64,000 nucleotides of DNA, taken from IMG/VR virus record IMGVR_UViG_3300035208_006730; one strand, written 5' to 3'. This DNA is from a virus. Lineage: Duplodnaviria; Caudoviricetes. Below, in pieces: positions 1 to 9,472 of the stretch. The number at the start of each line of letters is the position of its first letter. The first letter of the stretch is position 1. The notes under the pieces were generated by a model that worked only from the letters and a program-made list of their open reading frames with translations, made no database searches and was not told the origin of the DNA. The position numbers and the translations under genes were made by a program.

Positions 1-1528
1 CATTAATGGAAAGCCATTAATGCCTTGTTCAATCACAAAAGCAAGACATTTATTGCAAGGAGGAAGAGCTAATGTAGTTAAAAGATTCCCATTTACAATT
101 AAATTGAATTTTGAATGTGAAAATAAAGTACAAGAAGTTAATTTAGGCATTGATAGTGGTGCAAAGTTTATAGGTTTTTCAGCTACTTCTGAAAAGAAAG
201 AGTTAATGTCAGGAACTTTAGTGTTAGATTTAAAAACAAAAGATCGATTAGATGAAAAAAGAATGTATCGTAGGAAACGTAGAAATAAATTAAGATATAG
301 AAAACCAAGATTTAATAATAGAAAAAGAAAGACTGATTGGTTAGCACCTTCTATAGAAAGAAGATACCAAACTCATTTGACTTTGATAGAAAAAATTAAA
401 AATTTACTACCTATTAAAAATGTTATAGTTGAGGTAGCAAAATTTGATATACAAAAAATAATGAATCCTGAAATTAGTGGTGTTGAATATCAGCAAGGTA
501 ATCTTTATGAATATCAAAATATAGTTAGTTATCTTCAAGTAAGACAGGATAATATTTGCGCTTATTGCAAGAAAGAATTTAAAGGTGAATCAAAAGCTAC
601 ACATCATATTTACAGGCATGGTGATAATCGTAGAACAAATAGATCTGAAGGTTTAATTTTATTACATAAGAAATGTCACATTGATTTGCATGAGAAACAT
701 AGAGAAAAAGAATTTCAAAAACCTGTTAAAAGATATGAGCAATCAACATTTATGTCAATAATACATAAGAGATTTTTTAAAGATATATCTGATTTACATG
801 TAACTTATGGTTATATTACACAGGTGAAACGTAATAATTGTAATATAGAGAAAACTCATTATAATGATGCATTTATAATATCTGGTGGTAGTAATCAAAT
901 AAGAAGCAAACCTATAACTATAGAACAAAAGCATAGAAACAATAGAGTTTTACAGTTAAATAGGAAAGGTTTTAAACCATCAATTAAAAGAGAAAGAAGT
1001 AAAATATTGCCGAAAGATTTGTTTTGGTCAAATAATATTAAATATACTTGCAAAGGGATGTTTAATAAAGGTAAATATGTTTTATTTGGTGACTCTAAAA
1101 AGAAAGAATATATTAAGTTTACATTGATAGATAATATTTACAATTTTGGAAGTTTTGTATGGAATATCTAACTAAAAATCATTCAAAATATTTATTGCAA
1201 TATCATATTATATTTGTGGTAAAGTATAGATTAAAAATTATTGATCAATTTCCAATTAAAGATATATGTAGTCAATTATCTATTAATGATAATTATATCA
1301 TTAAAGTAATGGAAGTTGATAAGGATCATATACATTTATTAGTTCAAGCTGAACCAAAAATAAGTCCATTATATATTGTTAAAAAACTTAAAGGAAAATC
1401 TACGATAATATTATGGAAAAATTATTCTCAAATATTGACAAGATATTTTTGGAAAGAACATACTTTTTGGTCTGATGGTTATTTTGTATCTACTATCGGC
1501 AATGTTTCAGAGCAGACATTACAGAAAT
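1..1528 (+). mobile_element. IS200/IS605-superfamily IscB+TnpA element (5' end and omegaRNA lie upstream of the window; 3' end apparently truncated at ATAAA 1529-1533)
   Basis: iscB overlaps a downstream Y1 transposase gene; the stretch is visibly more AT-rich than its neighbours; nt 1-127 are identical to 3476-3602 of the omegaRNA-bearing copy. Confidence 0.85.
20..1171 (+). CDS. iscB: IscB RNA-guided endonuclease (PLMP/RRXRR, RuvC + HNH); true start probably just upstream of the window
   Basis: NGKPLMPC motif; RuvC-I LGIDSGAKFIG; Arg-rich helix RMYRRKRRNKLRYRKPRFNNR; RuvC-II VIVEVAKFD; HNH-like CAYC..THHI..HKKCHIDLH; RuvC-III HYNDAF. Confidence 0.93.
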   Translation: MPCSITKARHLLQGGRANVVKRFPFTIKLNFECENKVQEVNLGIDSGAKFIGFSATSEKKELMSGTLVLDLKTKDRLDEKRMYRRKRRNKLRYRKPRFNNRKRKTDWLAPSIERRYQTHLTLIEKIKNLLPIKNVIVEVAKFDIQKIMNPEISGVEYQQGNLYEYQNIVSYLQVRQDNICAYCKKEFKGESKATHHIYRHGDNRRTNRSEGLILLHKKCHIDLHEKHREKEFQKPVKRYEQSTFMSIIHKRFFKDISDLHVTYGYITQVKRNNCNIEKTHYNDAFIISGGSNQIRSKPITIEQKHRNNRVLQLNRKGFKPSIKRERSKILPKDLFWSNNIKYTCKGMFNKGKYVLFGDSKKKEYIKFTLIDNIYNFGSFVWNI

Positions 1529-1605
1529 ATAAAATTGGCCGTGTCTCAATTAAAAATATTATAACGAATAAACAATGGATTGATAAAAATTCTGAACATC
1601 ATTGA
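1159..1605 (+). CDS. tnpA: IS200-type Y1 (HUH) transposase TnpA; C-terminus probably replaced by flanking phage sequence
   Basis: YHIIFVVKYR, DKDHIHLL (HUH), LKGKS, FWSDGYFVSTIG; the expected catalytic KYIxxQ reads KYKIGR. Confidence 0.9.
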   Translation: MEYLTKNHSKYLLQYHIIFVVKYRLKIIDQFPIKDICSQLSINDNYIIKVMEVDKDHIHLLVQAEPKISPLYIVKKLKGKSTIILWKNYSQILTRYFWKEHTFWSDGYFVSTIGNVSEQTLQKYKIGRVSIKNIITNKQWIDKNSEHH

Positions 1606-1862
1606 GGAGTTAAAATGAGTTTCTCAGTATTTTTTGATACGTTAGATAATAAGGTCCCAGAATGGATAAAAGAATATTTGCCTTTTCTTCCAAATATGAT
1701 TGGTAACGATGAGACCAAGAATCAGATTACTGAGATTGAAAAATATGCAGCATGCATAGATGAAGAAGATTGCAAAGAATTGGAACTGAATGAACATTTA
1801 TGGACAATTCTTCAGGCAAAGATTAGTCTTCTTCGAGATCTTCATGGAGAAGGAAAATTGAA

Positions 1863-2069
1863 ATGAAGCTTTGTTGTTCTAAATGCGGAAGTATCAGTCT
1901 TCTTCGTAATGAAATAATAAGGGTTCAGGCCTACATCAAAGGCAAGGAAAATGATAAAGGTTATGAGTACGTTGGCGAATCAGAAATAGATTGGGATTCA
2001 CAAACTAGAGATTTAGATCGACCCGAATTCTATTGTCCAGCATGTGGAAATGAGTGGAACCTAAAATGA
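1863..2069 (+). CDS. small zinc-ribbon protein
   Basis: CSKC...CPAC pairs; overlaps both neighbours in operon fashion. Confidence 0.6.
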   Translation: MKLCCSKCGSISLLRNEIIRVQAYIKGKENDKGYEYVGESEIDWDSQTRDLDRPEFYCPACGNEWNLK

Positions 2070-2611
2070 ACATTTGGCTATCTTCAGATTGGCATCTGGG
2101 TCATTCTAATATTCTCAAATACTGCAGTAGACCATTTAAGACTGTCAATGAAATGGACGCTACAATAATTGAAAATTTTAATAAGTTAGTCAAACCAGAA
2201 GATCAAGTTTATTTTCTAGGAGATCTAACTTTTGAACATCATTTTGCCAAGAGAATTCTTGATTCAGTAAATGGACATTGGACTATGATTTGGGGCAATC
2301 ATGATAAATGGAAAAAGGAATATCGAAAGAATCCATCTAATTTTAAAGTTGAAAGTGTCCACGATATTTTTGAAATGAAAGAACAACTAATAGTTCTTTG
2401 TCATTTTCCAATGGTATCCTGGAATGCAAGTTTTCATGGATCATTTCACTGCTATGGACATGTTCATGGAAGATACGATGATCCTTCTAAACTTTCTCTA
2501 GATGTTGGAGTTGACTCCTGGGAGTTCAAACCAGTCCATCTCGATCAAGTAATGGAGAAGATAAATGCAAAAGTCCCAGCTTGGAAAGAAAAAAACGCAG
2601 CGAAAATCTAA
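2066..2611 (+). CDS. calcineurin-like metallophosphoesterase
   Basis: SDWHLGH, LGD, GNHD, HFP, GHVH motifs. Confidence 0.9.
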   Translation: MNIWLSSDWHLGHSNILKYCSRPFKTVNEMDATIIENFNKLVKPEDQVYFLGDLTFEHHFAKRILDSVNGHWTMIWGNHDKWKKEYRKNPSNFKVESVHDIFEMKEQLIVLCHFPMVSWNASFHGSFHCYGHVHGRYDDPSKLSLDVGVDSWEFKPVHLDQVMEKINAKVPAWKEKNAAKI

Positions 2612-3197
2612 GCATTGGTATTTTATTACAATGATTATATGTCCAATATGTGGTAGAGAGAAAGTGCACAAAGAACGACGATACGATAAAATGCCTAAGG
2701 ATTGGAATCAAAGACACAAAGAAGAACATTATGACTACTGTGATGAATAATGAGGATTAAACTTATAGCAGAAGTTCTAAAAGACGAAAAACTTACTAGA
2801 ATTTGTCCCATTTTTAGTGGGAAAGAACTTGAAATAACAGATCAAACATGGGACATGATTTGGTGTAAGATGGGAGAACAATTAAAGAAAGCAGTTTTTC
2901 CTTTAATTAATGAAGATAAGGCGATTAGAAAATGAGATACGAATACTTCATAGCTCCTTGGTATGATAGAGATGAGGCGTTAGAAGATCTTGGAGAGTAT
3001 GGAAATAGTTATTATCGTCATTTTAGAATCCGCGATTTTAAAACCCAAGAAGAATTCCCAGGAGTATTTGAAGAAGAACAGGTAAGAAAGATTGTGGAAG
3101 TTCTAAATGAACAATGGAAATACATTATTAGTGCAAGATCAAATGTCTACTACGAGGAGGAATAATGAAAAAGTTTAAGGTTATAGCTAGAAATGGA

Positions 3198-3460
3198 GTC
3201 AATCACCCCTGAATAAATTCAGGGGCTTGAGTTGTGAAACTTAAGGGTAACAGGTTGATTAGGGGGCTTAAGGAGAAATCTTTTATGCAAACGTTACAAA
3301 GAGAGTTTAAGAACGTACCTACGGATGCTTCACTAGTCTGTAGCTCTACAAGTTGTGAGTTAAACAGAGAGGAAACTCTCAGTGCTCATAGCAAAGTACT
3401 GATTTGTAACAATCCCGAAGTGAATCAACATCAACTACAAACTGGTGGACTTAAAGTCAA
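3198..3460 (+). ncRNA. omegaRNA/HEARO scaffold (3' boundary approximate); guide predicted to be the sequence immediately 5' of 3198
   Basis: GTCAA start, perfect hairpin CCCCTGAAT-AA-ATTCAGGGG (3206-3225), CTTGAGTT-GTGA-AACTTAAG, CTACGGATGCTTCACTAGTCTGTAG, GAGAG-GAAA-CTCTC; directly upstream of the PLMP coding sequence. Confidence 0.85.
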
Positions 3461-3597
3461 GGTGTTTGTATTAAACATTAATGGAAAGCCATTAATGCCT
3501 TGTTCAATCACAAAAGCAAGACATTTATTGCAAGGAGGAAGAGCTAATGTAGTTAAAAGATTCCCATTTACAATTAAATTGAATTTTGAATGTGAAA
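3198..3597 (+). mobile_element. non-autonomous truncated copy of the IscB element (omegaRNA + first ~45 codons of iscB)
   Basis: begins with the GTCAATCACCCC end motif; 3476-3602 identical to 1-127; ends at ATAAA. Confidence 0.85.
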
Positions 3598-4013
3598 ATA
3601 AATAATCGTGACCGTATTGTTTTTGGACTTACATCTAGGACCCTAGCGGAGGAAACTGCTGTTGTTTTTGCCACAGCTCCAGATATGTTTCGAGACATAA
3701 AAATTGAACCATACATAGATTATGAAGAGGAAGAAGACGACAATGACTAGAGAAATGATAATTTCTAGGAGGAAGAATGAAAACAATCAAAATCTCAGCT
3801 GAATGGAATGGACTCGAATTAGATCTAGCTCTAGCTCTTGACCCTTGGGAAATAGTTGTCTCAGAAGAATTCAAAGATGAAATGACAAAAATTCGCGCCA
3901 ATCTCCAAAATTTCAAAGGCCGATTGTCTACAGATCCAGAAGTTGAACAATTTATCACTAATAGCGTAAATACTCTTCGTATTAATGGTCATCTAACTCC
4001 CAAGAGAAAGTGA

Positions 4014-4255
4014 ATGTTAGAAAAGATTGGAACTATTGATGTAGATGCAGGGATTGTTTGGATTGGAGATCCTTGCTATATTCTTCACAAAGATCAAAAC
4101 TTTCCAGCAGATGTTCTTGGAAACACTTGGAAAGAATTTTGCGATAAATTAAATTTCAAAAACTCTCAACAATTTGATCACACAACGATGACTTCTATGA
4201 CTACACTGAAGATGACGTTCAACCACATGATGACGACGCTCATTGGAGTAAATAA
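4014..4255 (+). pseudogene. frameshifted or deletion-fused hypothetical gene
   Basis: N-terminal IGTIDVDAGIVWIGDPCY; from ~4181 the protein-like frame switches to HNDDFYDYTEDD...WSK*, which ends in a TAATG overlap with the next gene. Confidence 0.5.
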
Positions 4256-4797
4256 TGAGAGAGAACAGAATTATTGGACTAGCAGGAAAAGCTCGTTCAG
4301 GAAAAGATCTTCTTGGAAATTACTTAGTAAGATTAGGTTTTAATCAGATGGCATTTGCTAATAATCTAAAAGAAGCTTGTCGTTCTGTTTTTAACCTGAG
4401 TTATAATGATCTTCATGGGGACAAGAAAGATAGTTTCGATGAATTCTGGAGAATGACGCCTCGAGAAATTCTTCAAAAAGTAGGAACTGAATGCTTTCGA
4501 AAGAATTTCGGAGAAGACGTTTGGATTCGTTCTTTGAGAGCTCTAATGACAGACTTTCCTGATGATGATATTGTCATTACTGACGTTCGCTTTAAGAATG
4601 AAGCTGAAGCTATTAAATCCTGGGGTGGCAGAGTTTTTAAAATTATTCGGCCAGATGCCCCAGAAATAGCTACCTCTAATCATTCTTCAGAACACGATCT
4701 AGATGATTGGGATGGTTGGGACGGAATAATTATGAATGACTCAACTATCGAAGAATTCTACAAGAATGCTGCCAATATCTTGCATCTCCAAGTCTAA
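4255..4797 (+). CDS. deoxynucleoside monophosphate kinase
   Basis: IIGLAGKARSGKD P-loop, AFANNLK, TPREILQKVGTE, ITDVRFKNE, HSSE. Confidence 0.92.
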   Translation: MRENRIIGLAGKARSGKDLLGNYLVRLGFNQMAFANNLKEACRSVFNLSYNDLHGDKKDSFDEFWRMTPREILQKVGTECFRKNFGEDVWIRSLRALMTDFPDDDIVITDVRFKNEAEAIKSWGGRVFKIIRPDAPEIATSNHSSEHDLDDWDGWDGIIMNDSTIEEFYKNAANILHLQV

Positions 4798-4813
4798 TTA
4801 ATGGAGGTGTAAA

Positions 4814-5101
4814 ATGCAACTTTCAAGTATTAGATTCCTTGATGTTTTATTCCGTCTGAATCGTCCATTAATCGTTGAAGTTTTTTCTTCTAATGGAACT
4901 TGGACCGCTATTGCAGGTCTTCTGAATATCTCAGAGACAGGACGAGATCAAGTAGAAGCAATTAATAATCTCAAACGTCGTTTTTTTCTTGACTGGACTT
5001 CAATAATTCAAGATAATGATGACAAGCTGAATGATGCAGCTCGAGAATTAAAGAAAAAAATGACTGATCTTGTAAAAACGGTGATTTATGGCAGTAACTA
5101 G
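4814..5101 (+). CDS. HicB-like fold protein (putative orphan antitoxin-like)
   Basis: WTAIAGLLNISETGRDQVEAINNLK resembles the HicB G-x-T-x-x-E-A-x-x-N signature. Confidence 0.4.
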   Translation: MQLSSIRFLDVLFRLNRPLIVEVFSSNGTWTAIAGLLNISETGRDQVEAINNLKRRFFLDWTSIIQDNDDKLNDAARELKKKMTDLVKTVIYGSN

Positions 5102-5272
5102 CCTAATCAATACAAAGACTTCCAAAGCAGAGATTTGGATTCAAACAGGACCTTACAACGAAGTAATTTTTGATTCTTTCCCCATTACTCTTGTTGATGG
5201 AAAGATTTCAAAAGAAGATGATCAGAAAATAATAGAAACAATGGGTAGAGCAATGGCTCTAATGGAGAAAGA

Positions 5273-5653
5273 ATGAGTACTAGAACCCAGATTATAGTAG
5301 CTGGTAATGAAGAGATCAAAATTTACAAACACTGCGACGGTTATCCATCAGGAGTTTGTCCCACTTTAGCAAAACTGCTACCTAAATTCAAAACGGCTAG
5401 GGGATGGGATCCACAAAATTTAACAGCACATATCTCTGCAGCTTTTATTGCTGAAGATGATGGTTTCTATGGTCATGGCCTTGATTGTGAATGGCATGGA
5501 GATATTGAGTACGCCTATCGAGTTGAACCTGATTTTTCAGTGACTATTTGCGAACGTCAGTGGGACAAAGACCCAAATTTCAAAATGGGAGTAAATGTTC
5601 CATTAGAAAAACTTGATGACGTTGATGACGATATTTGTTCGCCAATAACTTGA
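5273..5653 (+). CDS. conserved phage hypothetical protein (HxDGYP type)
   Basis: MSTRTQI...IYKHCDGYPSG...HGDIEYAY pattern familiar from phage hypothetical proteins. Confidence 0.55.
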   Translation: MSTRTQIIVAGNEEIKIYKHCDGYPSGVCPTLAKLLPKFKTARGWDPQNLTAHISAAFIAEDDGFYGHGLDCEWHGDIEYAYRVEPDFSVTICERQWDKDPNFKMGVNVPLEKLDDVDDDICSPIT

Positions 5654-6023
5654 GGAAACAATGCTAAAGAAAATCCTAGAAGTATTGTTCAAAATAATGA
5701 AATTACCCAAAATAGAGGAGAAACAATGAGTAATCTGAAAGAAGTAGTTATCGTGGACCTTGGAAACAAACACATTGGGACAGTAGAAAAGGTATCTTTT
5801 ACGCCGAATAAAGCGAATGGAGAACCTGATCCCAAGAGTTACAACGTTACAATGTACAACATCGAGATGGCGCCTGATGAGAAACTTCCAGTTGTCTTTC
5901 ATCTTGAATCAACTTATGACGATGGTATCCTCCAAAAGCGCTTCCATCTTTTAAATTGTCAGGTAACATTGGACCAAGGAGATGCCTGCAAGGTATGTTT
6001 GGCTAAAGCTCCAGGAGTTTGAA

Positions 6024-6248
6024 ATGCGAATGTTTATAGCTCGAGCAGGAAAACCAGATATGTTTGGTAAGATTTGGGAAGAAGAAGTTCTTCGAAAACT
6101 TGCTGAATACAAGAAAGAAACTGCAGAGCTAGTTGAAGATCCAAATGGACTAATGCTTTTTTTCGTGTTGCAGGATAGCTCAGTGGGACAGCACCAGTCT
6201 CATAAACTGGAAGTCGACGGTTCAAATCCGTCTCCTGCAACCAAATGA
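6024..6248 (+). CDS. hypothetical protein whose 3' third overlaps tRNA-Met
   Basis: AGGAG RBS before ATG 6024; frame stays open through the tRNA. Confidence 0.5.
   Translation: MRMFIARAGKPDMFGKIWEEEVLRKLAEYKKETAELVEDPNGLMLFFVLQDSSVGQHQSHKLEVDGSNPSPATK
6169..6243 (+). tRNA. tRNA with CAT anticodon (Met; Ile2 not excluded)
   Basis: acceptor TGCAGGA/TCCTGCA, anticodon arm CCAGT-CTCATAA-ACTGG, GGTTCAAATCC T arm, encoded CCA; slightly atypical D arm. Confidence 0.88.
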
Positions 6249-6396
6249 TTTCTAATCAAATTGCCATAATTGCATGTCTTATCTCAGGAATATTAGGATA
6301 CATTCTTGCGAAAATGTCAGATAAGGATTAAAATGATAGTGGAGAACGAGATGGAAACTAGAATAGAAGATGAACCTCCAAGTATAGGAATTCTCG

Positions 6397-6651
6397 ATGC
6401 TTGCATGCGCGCTCTATTTTGGACTAGGGATGCTATTGGACGTGGTAGTTACACTCCAACAGCAAGCTGTATTCGAGCGGCGGGTTGTATTGGCCACTAT
6501 CCTAACATTCGTGATCACTCTGGGAGCAACACTTCTAATAAGTCAGGTTATTGTTTCTAATCAGCTAATTCTTGTATTTATGTATGCTTTAGGTACTGCA
6601 ATTGGTACTCTAATTGGCCTATTTATAGGCATGAGGAAGAAAAATGGCTAA
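6397..6651 (+). CDS. small multi-pass membrane protein
   Basis: three hydrophobic segments, YALGTAIGTLIG. Confidence 0.6.
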   Translation: MLACALYFGLGMLLDVVVTLQQQAVFERRVVLATILTFVITLGATLLISQVIVSNQLILVFMYALGTAIGTLIGLFIGMRKKNG

Positions 6652-7534
6652 GAAGAAGAAACGTGGTGGCGGGGGTTGCGGTTGAGACTTGTGATCGATA
6701 GCGAAGATCTAGATCCAGCTAAAACAAAAATAACTATTGATGGAAAAGATATTTGCTGGGTTCATCAGATCTATTTTACGGCTTTGGCTGAAAAGAAATT
6801 AATCAACGTAAAGATTCAAATCAACAATCACGTTCGAAGCATTAATCCAGCAGGACTCAATGAAACTTTGGATCTAATGAAAAAGGCTGGATTTGATATT
6901 GAGTTTGTGGAGGTAAAGTGAAAGACGATATTTTTGAAAAAGCTCATCAAGATATGCTCCTGAATATTCCTGAGGGATACTCTGAAAAACAAGTCAAAAT
7001 AGTAGTTCCAGATCTGTTGATAAAGATTGCAGAAATGACTATTGGAAAATTTGGCGGTGGTGATTCAGAAAAAGTTCTTTCAATGCTCATCTCTGGAATG
7101 GTCCGTCAACGATATGAAAGCTACTATTCAGAGATCCTTCCTCAAATTCAAAAAGTAAAAGATCCAGATCTAGTCAATAATCTTCTGAATCCTCCTGAAG
7201 ATGCTTTGAAAAAAATCAATGATCAGGTTAAAGGAATTCAAGAAATTATGAATAGTTTTAAGGGATTAACCTCTCAAATGGGAGGAATTGCAGACATACA
7301 AAAACAGATGGAGACGTTAAATGCTGGAAAGATTTCAGGGGGTTCTAAGTAGACTCGCCGATTCAGAAAATCCTTGTATTCGCCTTCTATTTTCAGATTG
7401 GATTAGAATTTTTACAGCAATAAAAGATATCGTAATGGATCTTTCGTGGTTCATTGGACTAATTATAGCTCGAGTCATTGGACAAGATTCTTATTCGGCG
7501 GCGATTTTGCATCAATTCAGGGAAGGATTGAATC

Positions 7535-7795
7535 ATGGCTCTCTACTTTATTAAGTACAAATGTCCTCGTTGTGGAAGAGAAGAATTACGGAAAATAGGA
7601 ACTACCAAGTACTATTGTCCAGTAGATGTAATTTTTCATTGTCCAGAATGCAACGCCTATTTACATATGAAATACAAATGGAATAAAGGTGTTTGTCCTG
7701 AAGAAGATACAACAACTTTATTTTCAGTTGAAGAATATCTTCGAGGAGAATCAACTGACAGATTCTCTGATTATTCTCTCGAAGATTGGAAATAG
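7535..7795 (+). CDS. zinc-ribbon protein
   Basis: CPRC...CPEC. Confidence 0.55.
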   Translation: MALYFIKYKCPRCGREELRKIGTTKYYCPVDVIFHCPECNAYLHMKYKWNKGVCPEEDTTTLFSVEEYLRGESTDRFSDYSLEDWK

Positions 7796-7796
7796 G

Positions 7797-7825
7797 TTGA
7801 TAAAAAGAAACAGATGAAATAATAT
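7797..7825 (+). promoter_or_regulatory. sigma70-type promoter
   Basis: TTGATA-17 nt-TAATAT in an intergenic gap, followed by AGGAG/GAGG. Confidence 0.6.
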
Positions 7826-8162
7826 AGGAGTGAGGTTAATGGAAGTGTCAACTCGTTTACAAGATGCTCTGAAAAAGGAACTTGTTAAAAGCTCAAAAGA
7901 AACAGTTGTAGCTTTTGACCCGATTCTTTCCTATTCAAAAAATGGAGAGATCAAAACAATTTCTCTTCTTACGAATGATGAAGAAGCTTTTCGAGAATGG
8001 GTATTTTTTACTTATCCTCTTTTGCCACTTCAATTAAAATCATTTGATAAAATGCAACGTGAAGAAATATTCCAAATTGCCAGTGACGGCAGGTCGGTAT
8101 TCGCCTGCTTTTTTAAACCGTTAACTTTTAAACAACCCATTATTGGGAACAATTGAGGACAC

Positions 8163-8495
8163 ATGAAAAATTTTGAAGTCGAAATCTTTCTGACAGAAAA
8201 GCCCGGCAAAGTCCGGGGCTACGGTAACATCACCTTCTTTGGAAAAATGAAGGTGAATTTTCGTCTCATTGAAGGAACTAAGGGTATGTTCGTTGCCTAT
8301 CCTTCACGGAAGACTATTGATAAACGAACTGCCGATAAAGAGGAAATTTGGGTGCCTGAGTTCAAGATTCTAAATGAAGAACTTGGTAAGGATGCAACTA
8401 AGGCTGTTATTGAAGCCTATCAAGCCAAGCTCAAAAATGGAACGAAGACTGCAGCGCCCAAGAACGAAAAACCTGAAGCAGGATATTCCTTCTAG
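8163..8495 (+). CDS. spoVG: SpoVG-family nucleic-acid-binding protein
   Basis: VRGYGNITF...FRLIEGTKGMFVAYPSRK...AVIEAY matches the SpoVG pattern. Confidence 0.75.
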   Translation: MKNFEVEIFLTEKPGKVRGYGNITFFGKMKVNFRLIEGTKGMFVAYPSRKTIDKRTADKEEIWVPEFKILNEELGKDATKAVIEAYQAKLKNGTKTAAPKNEKPEAGYSF

Positions 8496-9472
8496 GAAGA
8501 ATTAATGAATATCGACGCCGTCACTGGCTTTGTTCTTCAATCTGTTCTGCATGACATTTATCCCATAGTCTATTCAATTGATACCATTTGGGATCCGCAA
8601 ACAAAAGAACCACTACATCACAACATCGTTGGAACTCATCTAATTGAAACAAGAGAATATCTTTTTCTTGAGCCATTTCGATCTAAGCCAGATATTCTCC
8701 AGTATTCTTTCAATCGAAATTTTGAAGAATCTCAACCTGATGGTTTTGATGAATCAATTTCTGTAACTAGTTATGAATGGAGTACATTTGTTTCATTATT
8801 CCTTTGTGATGGAAAAATTCCAAACATTATTAATACATTTTTTGAGGCATCTTTGATGTTCACTACTCCAATTTGGGAACAAGTAAGACCTCAAATCATA
8901 TCAGCTATAGAAGCATCAAATAGCGAAGTGAGAAAAAGCATTCTTCGTTGGGCAGAAAAAGATATTGCGTATCTTAGACTTTCAATGACCTAGGAGAAAA
9001 TAATGGATCGGATTGATCAGTTTGAATTAGAATGTGTAGCAAAAATACAAGATTTAGCACGAAATATTGCAACTGACTTGGAACATCTCAGAGAAATGGT
9101 TCACAAGGGAAGTAATTGCTCTATTCAACCTCTTATGGATTATTTTCGAGAACAATTTGGATTTACGTCAGATAATCCTGAAAAAGAAATTGAGAACTTT
9201 ATTGAAATTATGGTTAACGAAAACATTCATTTTAGAGAAGTAGCAGAACGTTGTAAAGGTCAAAATGAATTCCAAGTTTTTCTTAAAGAATTTGAAGATA
9301 CTTTTAATGTTGTACTTCCTAAAGAAAACCCTAGCCAAAGAGTAATAGATATTTTTTTCAATCTAATGAATACAAATGAAGATTTACGTCGACAATTAGC
9401 CAAAAAACATGACATTATCAATAGCATTGTAATTGCTCTCGATGATGAATCTGGTGAAGATAGTGAAGACTG

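Larger units (their letters stand above)
3165..3750 (+). pseudogene. small 61-aa phage gene interrupted by the 400-bp omegaRNA element
   Basis: GAGGAGG RBS, ATG at 3165; joining 3165-3197 to 3598-3750 gives the stop-free frame MKKFKVIARNG-INNRDRIVFG...EEEEDDND*. Confidence 0.75.

Noticed and set aside
3234-3605. 123-aa ORF as an independent functional gene
   Set aside because: It is the omegaRNA plus the truncated iscB 5' end
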